Below are positions 51,308 to 60,038 of a stretch of 64,000 bases of DNA, in pieces. A model generated the notes under the pieces. The model did not search any database. It saw only the letters and a program-made list of their open reading frames with translations, and had not been told where the DNA came from. This DNA is from Candidatus Scatovivens sp. (GTDB lineage Bacteria; Bacillota; Clostridia; TANB77; CAG-508). The stretch lies in the NCBI GenBank assembly GCA_045646345.1, contig JAZRKN010000006.1, positions 32,001-96,000 of the forward strand, read 5' to 3'. The first letter of the stretch is position 1. Every line of letters begins with the position of its first letter. The translations under genes and the position numbers were made by a program.

Positions 51308-51589
51308 ATTAATAGTTTTTATGTTGCCGAAACCTTGTAACTCAACAGATTCAAGCCTATAGCTTTAGTTACTTTTCGCATTATTTTTCATCTCATTTTT
51401 TTATCAATTCTCCAACATCAGTATTATCAAGCTTTTGGCCTTTTTTTATATCAAATATATTACATTTTTAAAAAACTTTTTTAACATTTATTTAAATTTT
51501 GTTACCTTTTTCAAAGTTTTGTCAAGGAAATCGATAACAATTCCTATTTTTGTTTTTACAAAAAAATAGGAGCCATTTCCTATCGGCTC

Positions 51590-52348
51590 CTACATTATTT
51601 CTCTTGCTTTTACAATTACTCTTAATTTACTGTCATCAGTACATGTTATCAACGTTACTTCTTTTAAACCATTTGTCCTTTGTGTTGTACAAGATACATC
51701 ATCTGGTTCAACTACATATTTATCATATACTTTATATACTAACTTTTCTCCATTCATATCTGTTATTTCAACTGTTTCCCCTATCGACATATCTGGTACA
51801 TGGCTGAAGAATTTATTACTTCTATAGTTATGTCCTACTATACAAAAATTTCCAACATCATTTGGTTCTGGTCCCCAGAATTTACAAGGTGAAATTTTTA
51901 ATAATTCATCTAATTGTGCTGAACTTAATTCATTTCCTGTAATTACTGGATATGTACAATTTATTGAAGGGATATTAACTGTCGCTACTGCATAATATCT
52001 TGTTCCTGCCGCCGTTTCTCTCCACTCTATATTGTCTCCAGTTTCTTCTACAACTGGTTCTGTATATATTACTTCAAATGGATCTTCTGTATTTAATATA
52101 ACAACAATTGAATTATTTGCAAATTTAATTGTTGTATCATCAACAACATTATCTTCAAAACTTAAATTTGATAATATTTCTTGTGAAATAGCTTCGTTTT
52201 TGTTTTTATCATATTCTGCATAAATATAATATGAAAATAAAATGCATACCAAAAAAACAGAAACAAAGAAGTCTATTTTATACATCTTCTTTTTTCTTTT
52301 TAGTTCTGGTGTTATATACAATTTTTCAGATACTAAAATTTGGTTCAT
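51590..52348 (-). CDS. Sortase (class D-like)
   Basis: NFCIVGHN (His), TLITC (Cys), R in KLRVIV; N-terminal TM; start moved to ATG 52348. Confidence 0.9.
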   Translation of the reverse strand: MNQILVSEKLYITPELKRKKKMYKIDFFVSVFLVCILFSYYIYAEYDKNKNEAISQEILSNLSFEDNVVDDTTIKFANNSIVVILNTEDPFEVIYTEPVVEETGDNIEWRETAAGTRYYAVATVNIPSINCTYPVITGNELSSAQLDELLKISPCKFWGPEPNDVGNFCIVGHNYRSNKFFSHVPDMSIGETVEITDMNGEKLVYKVYDKYVVEPDDVSCTTQRTNGLKEVTLITCTDDSKLRVIVKAREIM

Positions 52349-52605
52349 TTCTTTTCCTTTCACATAATTATCAAAAATATTATAACATGTTACATAATTC
52401 AAATCAAGAAATTTCGAAAAAGTAATCATTTTGTAAAACACCATAGTTTTCTAAATATATAGACATTTCCACCATATCGTAGTATAATAGATTTTACCGT
52501 TCAAAATATCATAATTAGAATATCTTTCTATAACTATATAGATATTCTTTTTATGTTTAAATAATTTGATGCATAAAATATACTTATTCATGTAGGAGGT
52601 AGAAT

Positions 52606-53613
52606 ATGCGAAAAAGTCGGAATTCAAATAATGACTTACACACAATTTTAACAACTTTTCTTATCTTATCAGCAATCATTCTCTCAGCTGTTGCAATACT
52701 TTTTGGAGGACTCTTTAATCATCTTAGCATTTCACCGCCCCCATCTTCTAATGCAACTATTGAGCAAGAAACAGATTACGGACCATCTTCCTCAACAGAT
52801 GTAAGTTTTGAAAACAATTCAAATCCAGAACTTACAGATACCAGTACTTCTAAAGAAACAGATTCAACTGTTAATCACGTCGAAACAACAGAAGAAAATA
52901 TCGACTCTTCAGAAATTACTACTGAGGAAAATTTTACTGAATCAATGGAATCAGAATCAACCCAGGTCGTTCCAATTGGAACAGTATACTTAACCTTTGA
53001 TGATGGACCATCTACCAAAACAACTTCTCAAATTTTAGATATATTAAAAGAGAAGGATGTCAAAGCTACTTTTTTTGTGCTTGATTATTCGTATGGTTCT
53101 GAAAAAGAAGCTCTTGTAATTCGGGAATTCGAGGAAGGGCACACAGTAGCATTACATGGAATATCTCATGATTATTCGAAAATCTACTCATCTTTAGAAA
53201 CTTTAATCAAAAATTTTACAGATCTTCAAGAAAAAGTGAAAACATCGACCGGTTATACATCTAAAATTATTAGATTTCCTGGTGGAAGCTCAAATACTGT
53301 AAGTAAAAAGTATTGTGCAGGAATAATGACAGAAGCCGTTGAATATTTCTCTAATTCTGAATTCATCTATTTTGATTGGAGTGTTGATTCCAGAGACGCA
53401 GGTGGCGTAAGTTCTTCTGAAGAACTCTACTCAAATGTTATTAATGGCTTAAAACCTGGTAAAACCAACATCGTGTTAATGCACGATAGTGTCAACAAGG
53501 AATATACCATTGATGCTCTCGAAAGAATTATTGATTTCTGTATTTCAGAAGGTTATGAGTTAAAAGCAATTACAGAAGATACCCCTCAAGTAACACACCA
53601 TGTTTCAAATTAA
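52606..53613 (+). CDS. Polysaccharide deacetylase (CE4) with a TM anchor and Ser/Thr/Glu linker
   Basis: YLTFDDGP, ATFFV, HGISHDY, RFPGGS, DWSVDS, LMHD. Confidence 0.93.
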   Translation: MRKSRNSNNDLHTILTTFLILSAIILSAVAILFGGLFNHLSISPPPSSNATIEQETDYGPSSSTDVSFENNSNPELTDTSTSKETDSTVNHVETTEENIDSSEITTEENFTESMESESTQVVPIGTVYLTFDDGPSTKTTSQILDILKEKDVKATFFVLDYSYGSEKEALVIREFEEGHTVALHGISHDYSKIYSSLETLIKNFTDLQEKVKTSTGYTSKIIRFPGGSSNTVSKKYCAGIMTEAVEYFSNSEFIYFDWSVDSRDAGGVSSSEELYSNVINGLKPGKTNIVLMHDSVNKEYTIDALERIIDFCISEGYELKAITEDTPQVTHHVSN

Positions 53614-53623
53614 TTTAAACATC

Positions 53624-53653
53624 AAAAGAGCTCCTCTTGTAAGGAGCTCTTTT
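53624..53653. terminator. Bidirectional terminator
   Basis: AAAAGAGCTCCT/AGGAGCTCTTTT between convergent genes. Confidence 0.85.
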
Positions 53654-53656
53654 CTT

Positions 53657-55444
53657 TTACCATATATCACTTTCCGCTTTTTTTCTTTTTACACTATTTA
53701 TTTTTCTTACTTTTCTAAGCAATACAGCTGAATTAGATTCTTCTGTTGTAACATCTTCATCTTCTATTCCGGAATTTTTTTTACCTTGTCTTTTTATTGG
53801 TTTTACATCAACAAAAAGATTATCTTCCTCTTCATCTAATTCATATGGAATATTATCATCCACATTCAAGTCAGCTTCAATTTCTTCAACAGTTTTTCTT
53901 CTTTTTATATCTACATTTGGAGAAAAGTCAATTTCTCTATATTTTTCTCCAAATATATCAAATTCTTCATCAAATGTTCCTTCTTGGAATTCTTCTACAA
54001 CGTTGTCTATTATTTCATCATATGCTCCGTAGTAATCAGAATCTTCATCTTCATCTTCGTCTTCATCCTCATCTGCTAATTCATCAAATTCTGTTTCCTC
54101 TTCAAAAGCTTCTTCTATTTCATCATCTTCTTCACTATCTTTAGGTTCATCAATATTAGCCGTTATATCAAATGGCATTTTTGCTTTTTCTTTAACAACT
54201 TCAACTGAATCTTCTCTTATCTGATCATCATAATTTTCATCATGGCTTTCTTCATCATCCTCTTTTGGCAAATCAAATTCGTCAACAACTTTTCCAAAAA
54301 CTTCAGACACATTTTTATAATAAACTGTATAAATTTCAGTTATACCTTCTATTCTCCAATAGTTTGAATTTATTAATGTAGCAGTATTTAAGTTTACTCT
54401 ATTCTTTTCTTTTTTGAATTTTTCTTCTTTGTCTTGAATATCTTTTAAATAAGATTTATTATATAGTTCTTTATAAGCTTTTTTTGTAGCTTTATTTGCA
54501 ATTTCTCTTAATAATAATTCATATAAGTTATCAATTTGAACTACGTCTGCTGCAAAATTTTCACATGCTTCACTCATTAATCTATTATGTGATTTTCTTC
54601 CATGAATTATTGTCATTCTTTCATAATCTAAGAATTGAACCATATAATTTTTCGCAGAATATATAAAATCCATTTTTGCTTTTTCATTTCTAGCATACTT
54701 TTTGTGTAATTCTATTTTTGTAGCACCATCATCAATATCAGACAATAATTTTGTCATCTTATCATATAAAACTAAATATCCAGCAGCTTCTTTTTTAGCA
54801 ATCTCAATTCCAAAAGTAGTTGCATGTCCAATAACTTCTTGATTAAATGGAATTTTTTCATTTTTCCCATTATCTTCAAGTTCTGTTATTATATCTAATG
54901 AATCATCAAATTTTGCAAAGTTTTTCGCTAATGCTAAAACTTCATTTGTTATTCCTTCATAGTTATTTCTAGCTGTCTCTAATGATTCATTATATGCATT
55001 TTCAGCCATCTTTTTATATCTTTTACATTTTGAAAGCTCAAATCTTTTTTCATTATATTCTTCTAGTGCTGCTATTAAATTCTCTTTAGATTCAATCATT
55101 GCCTCATTGTTTTTCTCAACATCAGCTTCTATTTTTTCAATACATCTTTTAGTATCTTCGACTTTAGCATCAATATTGTTAAACAACAAATTACGATTAT
55201 ACTCTAATTTAGCACTTTTTCTGTATAACTTTTCTTGTGAGGCTTGTATAAGTTTTATTTTTTCTAGACTTTCATTAAATTCTTGTGTTGCAGAAACTTC
55301 TTTTTGATAATTAATTTGGTATTTTTCTAATTTTTCTACTAAGTCACAATAATTATTAAAATTATCTCTTATATTACCTTCTCTTCTGTATTCTAATAGA
55401 TTTTCGAAATATCTTTCTAATACTATTGCACTTCTTTCATACAT
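53657..55444 (-). CDS. Hypothetical 595-aa coiled-coil protein with a long acidic C-terminal region
   Basis: Heptad-rich N-terminal half, D/E-rich last ~200 aa; SD AGGGGG. Confidence 0.85.
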   Translation of the reverse strand: MYERSAIVLERYFENLLEYRREGNIRDNFNNYCDLVEKLEKYQINYQKEVSATQEFNESLEKIKLIQASQEKLYRKSAKLEYNRNLLFNNIDAKVEDTKRCIEKIEADVEKNNEAMIESKENLIAALEEYNEKRFELSKCKRYKKMAENAYNESLETARNNYEGITNEVLALAKNFAKFDDSLDIITELEDNGKNEKIPFNQEVIGHATTFGIEIAKKEAAGYLVLYDKMTKLLSDIDDGATKIELHKKYARNEKAKMDFIYSAKNYMVQFLDYERMTIIHGRKSHNRLMSEACENFAADVVQIDNLYELLLREIANKATKKAYKELYNKSYLKDIQDKEEKFKKEKNRVNLNTATLINSNYWRIEGITEIYTVYYKNVSEVFGKVVDEFDLPKEDDEESHDENYDDQIREDSVEVVKEKAKMPFDITANIDEPKDSEEDDEIEEAFEEETEFDELADEDEDEDEDEDSDYYGAYDEIIDNVVEEFQEGTFDEEFDIFGEKYREIDFSPNVDIKRRKTVEEIEADLNVDDNIPYELDEEEDNLFVDVKPIKRQGKKNSGIEDEDVTTEESNSAVLLRKVRKINSVKRKKAESDIW

Positions 55445-55572
55445 AATTAACTCTGCCCCCTAAAAGTTACTAAATTTGACCCTATTATATAAAAATTATT
55501 TTGAAATGTCTAGATAAATTTCAAATTAATTTACACGAAATTCCCCTCTTTACTTTAATCACTTATACCCCC

Positions 55573-55601
55573 TTCCAAATTACTTAATTTTATGATATAA
55601 T
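55573..55601 (+). promoter_or_regulatory. sigma-A-type promoter of the 60-aa gene
   Basis: TTCCAA, 17 nt spacer, TATAAT with TG extension. Confidence 0.6.
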
Positions 55602-55636
55602 ATAAGTATAATAATATATTGAAGGGAGCTGACTTT

Positions 55637-55819
55637 ATGTGGCTTTTTGCATGGCTGATTGAAAATTTTATCAACCTGTTTATCATATTCCCTCTTGTAT
55701 GCGGCATCTTTTTCTTTATTGTGATTGCTCCGCTTTGCATGGGAATACACTGGCTTTGGGAACACAAGGGATGGCTTATCGCTCTCATCGTATTGCTTTG
55801 GATCGTCTCTGCGTTCTAA
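55637..55819 (+). CDS. Hypothetical 60-aa hydrophobic membrane protein
   Basis: MWLFAWLIENFINLFIIFPLVCGIFFFIVIAPLCMGIHWLWEHKGWLIALIVLLWIVSAF; SD AAGGGAG; about 42% GC by hand count; own promoter and terminator. Confidence 0.7.
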   Translation: MWLFAWLIENFINLFIIFPLVCGIFFFIVIAPLCMGIHWLWEHKGWLIALIVLLWIVSAF

Positions 55820-55854
55820 GTCAGTTCCACGGTATTGCACTTCGCATAACCTGC

Positions 55855-55886
55855 ATGCTTGGCCGAAAGGCCAAGCATTGTTTTTT
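55855..55886 (+). terminator. Intrinsic terminator of the 60-aa gene
   Basis: ATGCTTGGCC-GAAA-GGCCAAGCAT followed by TGTTTTTT. Confidence 0.9.
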
Positions 55887-55931
55887 GCCCAAAATAAAAA
55901 GCATACAATTAAATGTATGCTTTATTTTTTA

Positions 55932-58190
55932 TTATTGAGCATCTTTTAGTTTTTCTTTGATTACCACATGTACTATTGTTCCTTCTTCAACTTCTGTTCC
56001 ATAAGTAGGATCTTGTGAAACAACTATTCCTGTTGTTCCATCAACTTGAATATTCAAATTTTTAGATCTCAAAGAATTCAATGCTTCTTCTTTTGTCATA
56101 TCTTTAATATTTGGTACTTGAGTTTTTACTCTTGCTTCTTCATTAGATGCATATAAACAAACAATAGAATTTGCATTTAAGCTAACACCATATTTTGGCA
56201 TTTGATCACTTACTAATGTTGAATTTGGATCTAATGGAGAATTACAAACAACTCTAAATCCTAATCTTTCTAATTTTGCTCTTGCTTCTGTTATTGTTAG
56301 ATTTTTAACCTCTGGAACATCGATCAATCCTATTTCTTGTTCTTCTTTAACTGTTTCTGTTGATTCGATACCCAAGTTTGGAAGAACTTCAGTTAAAATT
56401 TGACTAACATATGGTGCTGCAACTTGTCCTCCTTGGTGACTTGCATAATCTTGCAATCCATATAATGCAAATAAAATTACAACTTGTGTATTTTCTATTG
56501 GTGATGCAGCAATAAATGATGCTACATATCCATCTTTCTCATGATTTACTCTTGGTTCTGATGTACCACTTTTTCCACCAATTGAATACCCTGCAACTTT
56601 TGCATTTCTACCTGTTCCATCTGTAACAACAGATAACATCATATTTTTCACTTTATCTGCAGTTTCTTTTGATACAACCTGTCTAACTTTTTTGGTTTCT
56701 ATAACTTCTATACTTCCAGTATCTGTATTTTCTATTTGTTTTACAATTTTTGGTTCTACTAAATAACCATCATTACATATTGCAGAAACAGCAGTTATTA
56801 ATTGTAATGGTGATATTTCAAATCTTTGTCCAAATGATGTTGTTGCAAGTTCAACTGGTCCCATATCTTGAAGTTCATAGAATTGTCCTTTATATGCTTT
56901 GGCTATATCATTTCCTATTGGTTCAAAAAGACCAAAAGCTTTAAAATATTTATATAATGTGCTTGCTCCAATTCTTTGTCCCAATTGCATAAACGCTGGG
57001 TTACAAGAATTTTGAAGAGCATGTCTTAAAGTTTGTCCTCCATGTGGCACCGCTCTCCAACAATTAATTGAAACTGGCTCATTATTTTCCATCGCAACAA
57101 CATAAGACCCCGCACAATTAAAATCACCAGATGTGTCAGTTTGTACATATCCTTCTTCAAGTCCTACTGCAGCTGTTATTAATTTAAATGTTGACCCAGG
57201 TTCATATGTTCCTGAAACAGCTCTATTCTTCCACAAATTTAATAATGAGGCACTTTTTTCTTCACTTGGCAATAATTTCCATTCATCTTCAGAATATCCT
57301 GTTGGTTTATAGCTTGATGGTTCGTTTAAATTATAAGTTGGATTTGTGGCCATTGCTAAAATTTCACCAGTTTGCGGATTCATTATAATTACATTTCCTG
57401 CAGTTGCTGTAGGATTTTCTACCATAGCTTGTTTTAAATACTTTTCAGCAGTCGCTTGAATTGTTGTATTTATTGTCAAATACAAATTACTTCCATTTTC
57501 TGGAGCAACATGTCTAACATCTTCATCTAAAATAGCTTTCCCTTTTCCATCAACTGTTGTTACAACTTGTCCAACAACACCAGTTAAAGTGTCATTCCAT
57601 CTTTGTTCTAAACCAGTTTGACCAGAGTTATCTGTCCCACAAAATCCAATTAGATTTGAAGCTAATTCATTATATGGATAATATCTTTTTGAATCCTCAT
57701 CTATATTTATTCCTACCGTTATATTATTTTCTGACATCCATTTTTTCAATTTATCAACTTTGTCTTTTTCAACTTTTCTTTCTATTACAATTACTGATTT
57801 ATCTTTTTTTAATTCTTCTTTTAAATGTTCATATGTAATATCAAAAATTTCAGAAAGTCCTTTTGCAATAAGTTCATCATCAACTAATTTGCTATTTGCA
57901 TATTTTACTTTTCCAGGATTTAGAGAAATTGTATCTACGGCAATACTTTGAGCTAATATTTCTCCTTTAGTATCAAAAATTGTTCCTCTACTAGGACTTA
58001 TTATTAGACGTTCAATTTGTTGATTATAAGCTTTTTCGCTTAAATCTTTACCCTGTACAAATTGAATATATGCCAAATGAATTGTTACAATTAAAAAGCA
58101 AAAAGTTACTATCGCACCAAAAACAAAAATTCTAAAATTCACCCAAGATTCAGATTTTACTTTTGTATTTTTCTTAATTTTTCTCACCAT
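55932..58190 (-). CDS. Class B penicillin-binding protein with two PASTA domains
   Basis: RGTIFD, EPGSTFK, SCN, KSGT; C-terminal VPEVKNL and VPNIKDM PASTA repeats. Confidence 0.94.
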   Translation of the reverse strand: MVRKIKKNTKVKSESWVNFRIFVFGAIVTFCFLIVTIHLAYIQFVQGKDLSEKAYNQQIERLIISPSRGTIFDTKGEILAQSIAVDTISLNPGKVKYANSKLVDDELIAKGLSEIFDITYEHLKEELKKDKSVIVIERKVEKDKVDKLKKWMSENNITVGINIDEDSKRYYPYNELASNLIGFCGTDNSGQTGLEQRWNDTLTGVVGQVVTTVDGKGKAILDEDVRHVAPENGSNLYLTINTTIQATAEKYLKQAMVENPTATAGNVIIMNPQTGEILAMATNPTYNLNEPSSYKPTGYSEDEWKLLPSEEKSASLLNLWKNRAVSGTYEPGSTFKLITAAVGLEEGYVQTDTSGDFNCAGSYVVAMENNEPVSINCWRAVPHGGQTLRHALQNSCNPAFMQLGQRIGASTLYKYFKAFGLFEPIGNDIAKAYKGQFYELQDMGPVELATTSFGQRFEISPLQLITAVSAICNDGYLVEPKIVKQIENTDTGSIEVIETKKVRQVVSKETADKVKNMMLSVVTDGTGRNAKVAGYSIGGKSGTSEPRVNHEKDGYVASFIAASPIENTQVVILFALYGLQDYASHQGGQVAAPYVSQILTEVLPNLGIESTETVKEEQEIGLIDVPEVKNLTITEARAKLERLGFRVVCNSPLDPNSTLVSDQMPKYGVSLNANSIVCLYASNEEARVKTQVPNIKDMTKEEALNSLRSKNLNIQVDGTTGIVVSQDPTYGTEVEEGTIVHVVIKEKLKDAQ

Positions 58191-58193
58191 CCT

Positions 58194-58946
58194 CTACCCT
58201 TTAAATGCCCCCATAATAGCATTAAACAATATTACAACAATATCAACTAATGATTTTATTATAATATTTTCTTCATATATCTTAACTAACAAGTTTCTTG
58301 TAACTGGAACATTCCATATTAAAACACATACAAAAACAATTACAGCTAAAGAAATTATTAAGTTTCTTACTCTCTTAAAAGTCCATGGTTCTTTTACTGT
58401 ATACCCTAATTTTCTTAAGTAATCATTATAAGCTTCATTATAAGCTCTATTATATTCTTCTTCAGCTTTTTGAGCTTTTTTTAGATTAGTTTTAAATTCT
58501 TTTCGAGCAGCTTTCTTTAATTTTTTCTTTTCTTCATCTGTTAATGACGCATTTTCTATTTCATCATCGTCGTCTTCATCATTATAATTTTCAGATTCTG
58601 AATTGTTTGAAACAGTTTGAACTTTTGGAATTTCTTGCTTAATATCATTTTGCATTTCTACATTTTCTTCTTGAGGTTCAGTATTCTTTGCCACTGAAAC
58701 ATTTTGTATAAGTTCTTCTGCTCTTTTTTTAGCTAATTCTTTATCATATCTATCTCTTTTTTCTTCATTCGAAAGAATATCATATGCTAATTTTAATTTA
58801 TTAAGAATTATCTCTCTCGCATTATTTTCTTCTTCATCAAGTTTGGGATCTTTATGATATTCAATTAATAATCTTTGATAAGCTTTTTCAATTTCTTCTT
58901 GTGAAGCATTTTCTTCTACTTCTAATAAGTTATATACAGTTATCAT
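58194..58946 (-). CDS. J-domain-like protein (HPD replaced by HKD) with C-terminal TM
   Basis: YNLLEV...ASQEEIEKAYQRL...YHKD...AYDILS...KR.RYD; hydrophobic segment near the C-terminus. Confidence 0.8.
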   Translation of the reverse strand: MITVYNLLEVEENASQEEIEKAYQRLLIEYHKDPKLDEEENNAREIILNKLKLAYDILSNEEKRDRYDKELAKKRAEELIQNVSVAKNTEPQEENVEMQNDIKQEIPKVQTVSNNSESENYNDEDDDDEIENASLTDEEKKKLKKAARKEFKTNLKKAQKAEEEYNRAYNEAYNDYLRKLGYTVKEPWTFKRVRNLIISLAVIVFVCVLIWNVPVTRNLLVKIYEENIIIKSLVDIVVILFNAIMGAFKG

Positions 58947-59060
58947 ATTTTAAATACACCTTTTTAAACATTTACTTTTTGCTCGAAATATTCTATTAAT
59001 TCATTAAAAATTATATCATTACAGTATTTCCTTATCAAGCAATTTTAATAATTCTATTTT

Positions 59061-59615
59061 TTAAATATTATAGAAATATGTAGCTTCTAAATCTGCTTCA
59101 AACACTAATAATCCAAGTGGATATTTTTTATATGCTTGCCCTAAAGTAGTATATAATTCTTTTGGTTCAGAGAACCCCATATGCCATCTAATACAATACT
59201 TTTCTTCACTTGTTAATTTTATATATTCTGTTAACATCATTACACTTTTTTCACCATGTCCATATGGAATTGTATCTTCAACAGTATAATAAGGAACCTT
59301 CTCCCATTCACCAAATTCATTTTTTGCATTTCTATAATCTACTTTATAAAAATTAACTTTGCAAATATCATGTAATAATGCAATTATTATTAAAGATTCT
59401 GGAGAAACTTCAATCGGAAAGCTTGATTTTTCCACTTTATCTTTTAAAATTTCATACACTTTCATACTGTGTTCTAAAAGCCCTCCCTCATAATTTCCAT
59501 GAAACCTAGTGCTTGCTGGAGCCTTAAAAAAGTCTGTTTTTTCTATAAATTCTATTAATTTATCCATACCTTCTCTATTGGTACTTTTAAGTAAATTTAA
59601 AAATTCTTCTTTCAT
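59061..59615 (-). CDS. HD-domain phosphohydrolase
   Basis: APASTRFH, GGLLEHS, ALLHDICK, GHGEKS, IRWHMG. Confidence 0.9.
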   Translation of the reverse strand: MKEEFLNLLKSTNREGMDKLIEFIEKTDFFKAPASTRFHGNYEGGLLEHSMKVYEILKDKVEKSSFPIEVSPESLIIIALLHDICKVNFYKVDYRNAKNEFGEWEKVPYYTVEDTIPYGHGEKSVMMLTEYIKLTSEEKYCIRWHMGFSEPKELYTTLGQAYKKYPLGLLVFEADLEATYFYNI

Positions 59616-59799
59616 ATTTATCTTGTTATTTTTTTAATAACATTCTCCTTTCGCCAATTCTGTTCTTATGATTTTATCATATTGTATTTTTTATTACAAC
59701 AATTCAAATCGTTATGATTAGTTTATTTTATTAATTTTAAAGCAAAAAAAATATTATTAGGTATACCTAATAATATTTTTTATACATATGTATTTGGAA

Positions 59800-59973
59800 T
59801 TACTCAGCTGGAACTGGTGCTTCAACTGGGCAAACTCCTGCACATGTTCCGCAATCTATACAAACAGCTTCATCAATTACATATTTATCAGCTCCTTGAG
59901 ATATACAGTTCATTGGGCAAGCTCCTGCACATGCTCCACAAGAAATACATTTTTCGTTAATTTTGTATGCCAT
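59800..59973 (-). CDS. 2[4Fe-4S] clostridial-type ferredoxin (57 aa, not in ORF track)
   Basis: MAYKINEKCISCGACAGACPMNCISQGADKYVIDEAVCIDCGTCAGVCPVEAPVPAE with two CxxCxxCxxxCP motifs; SD AGGAGG. Confidence 0.97.
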   Translation of the reverse strand: MAYKINEKCISCGACAGACPMNCISQGADKYVIDEAVCIDCGTCAGVCPVEAPVPAE

Positions 59974-60038
59974 GAATAACTCCTCCTTTCTATTCTCTTT
60001 TAAGATTATACTATAGTTTTATTATATTTCAAATATAA

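Noticed and set aside
51199-51589. Cobalamin riboswitch or NrdR boxes upstream of nrdD
   Set aside because: No recognisable B12-box or paired NrdR consensus could be seen by eye
22811-55463. Identical TTAGGGGGCAGA upstream of the PBP at 22808 and the 595-aa gene
   Set aside because: Largely explained by a G-rich Shine-Dalgarno sequence
55555-55949. Overlapping alternative ORFs around the 60-aa gene
   Set aside because: Only 55637-55819 has a promoter, SD and terminator in register; the others probably arise from locally higher GC
59626-59643. Micro-uORF MLLKK in the HD-gene leader
   Set aside because: Its AUG lies 1 nt from the SD, too close for efficient initiation; the sequence is better explained as the hairpin
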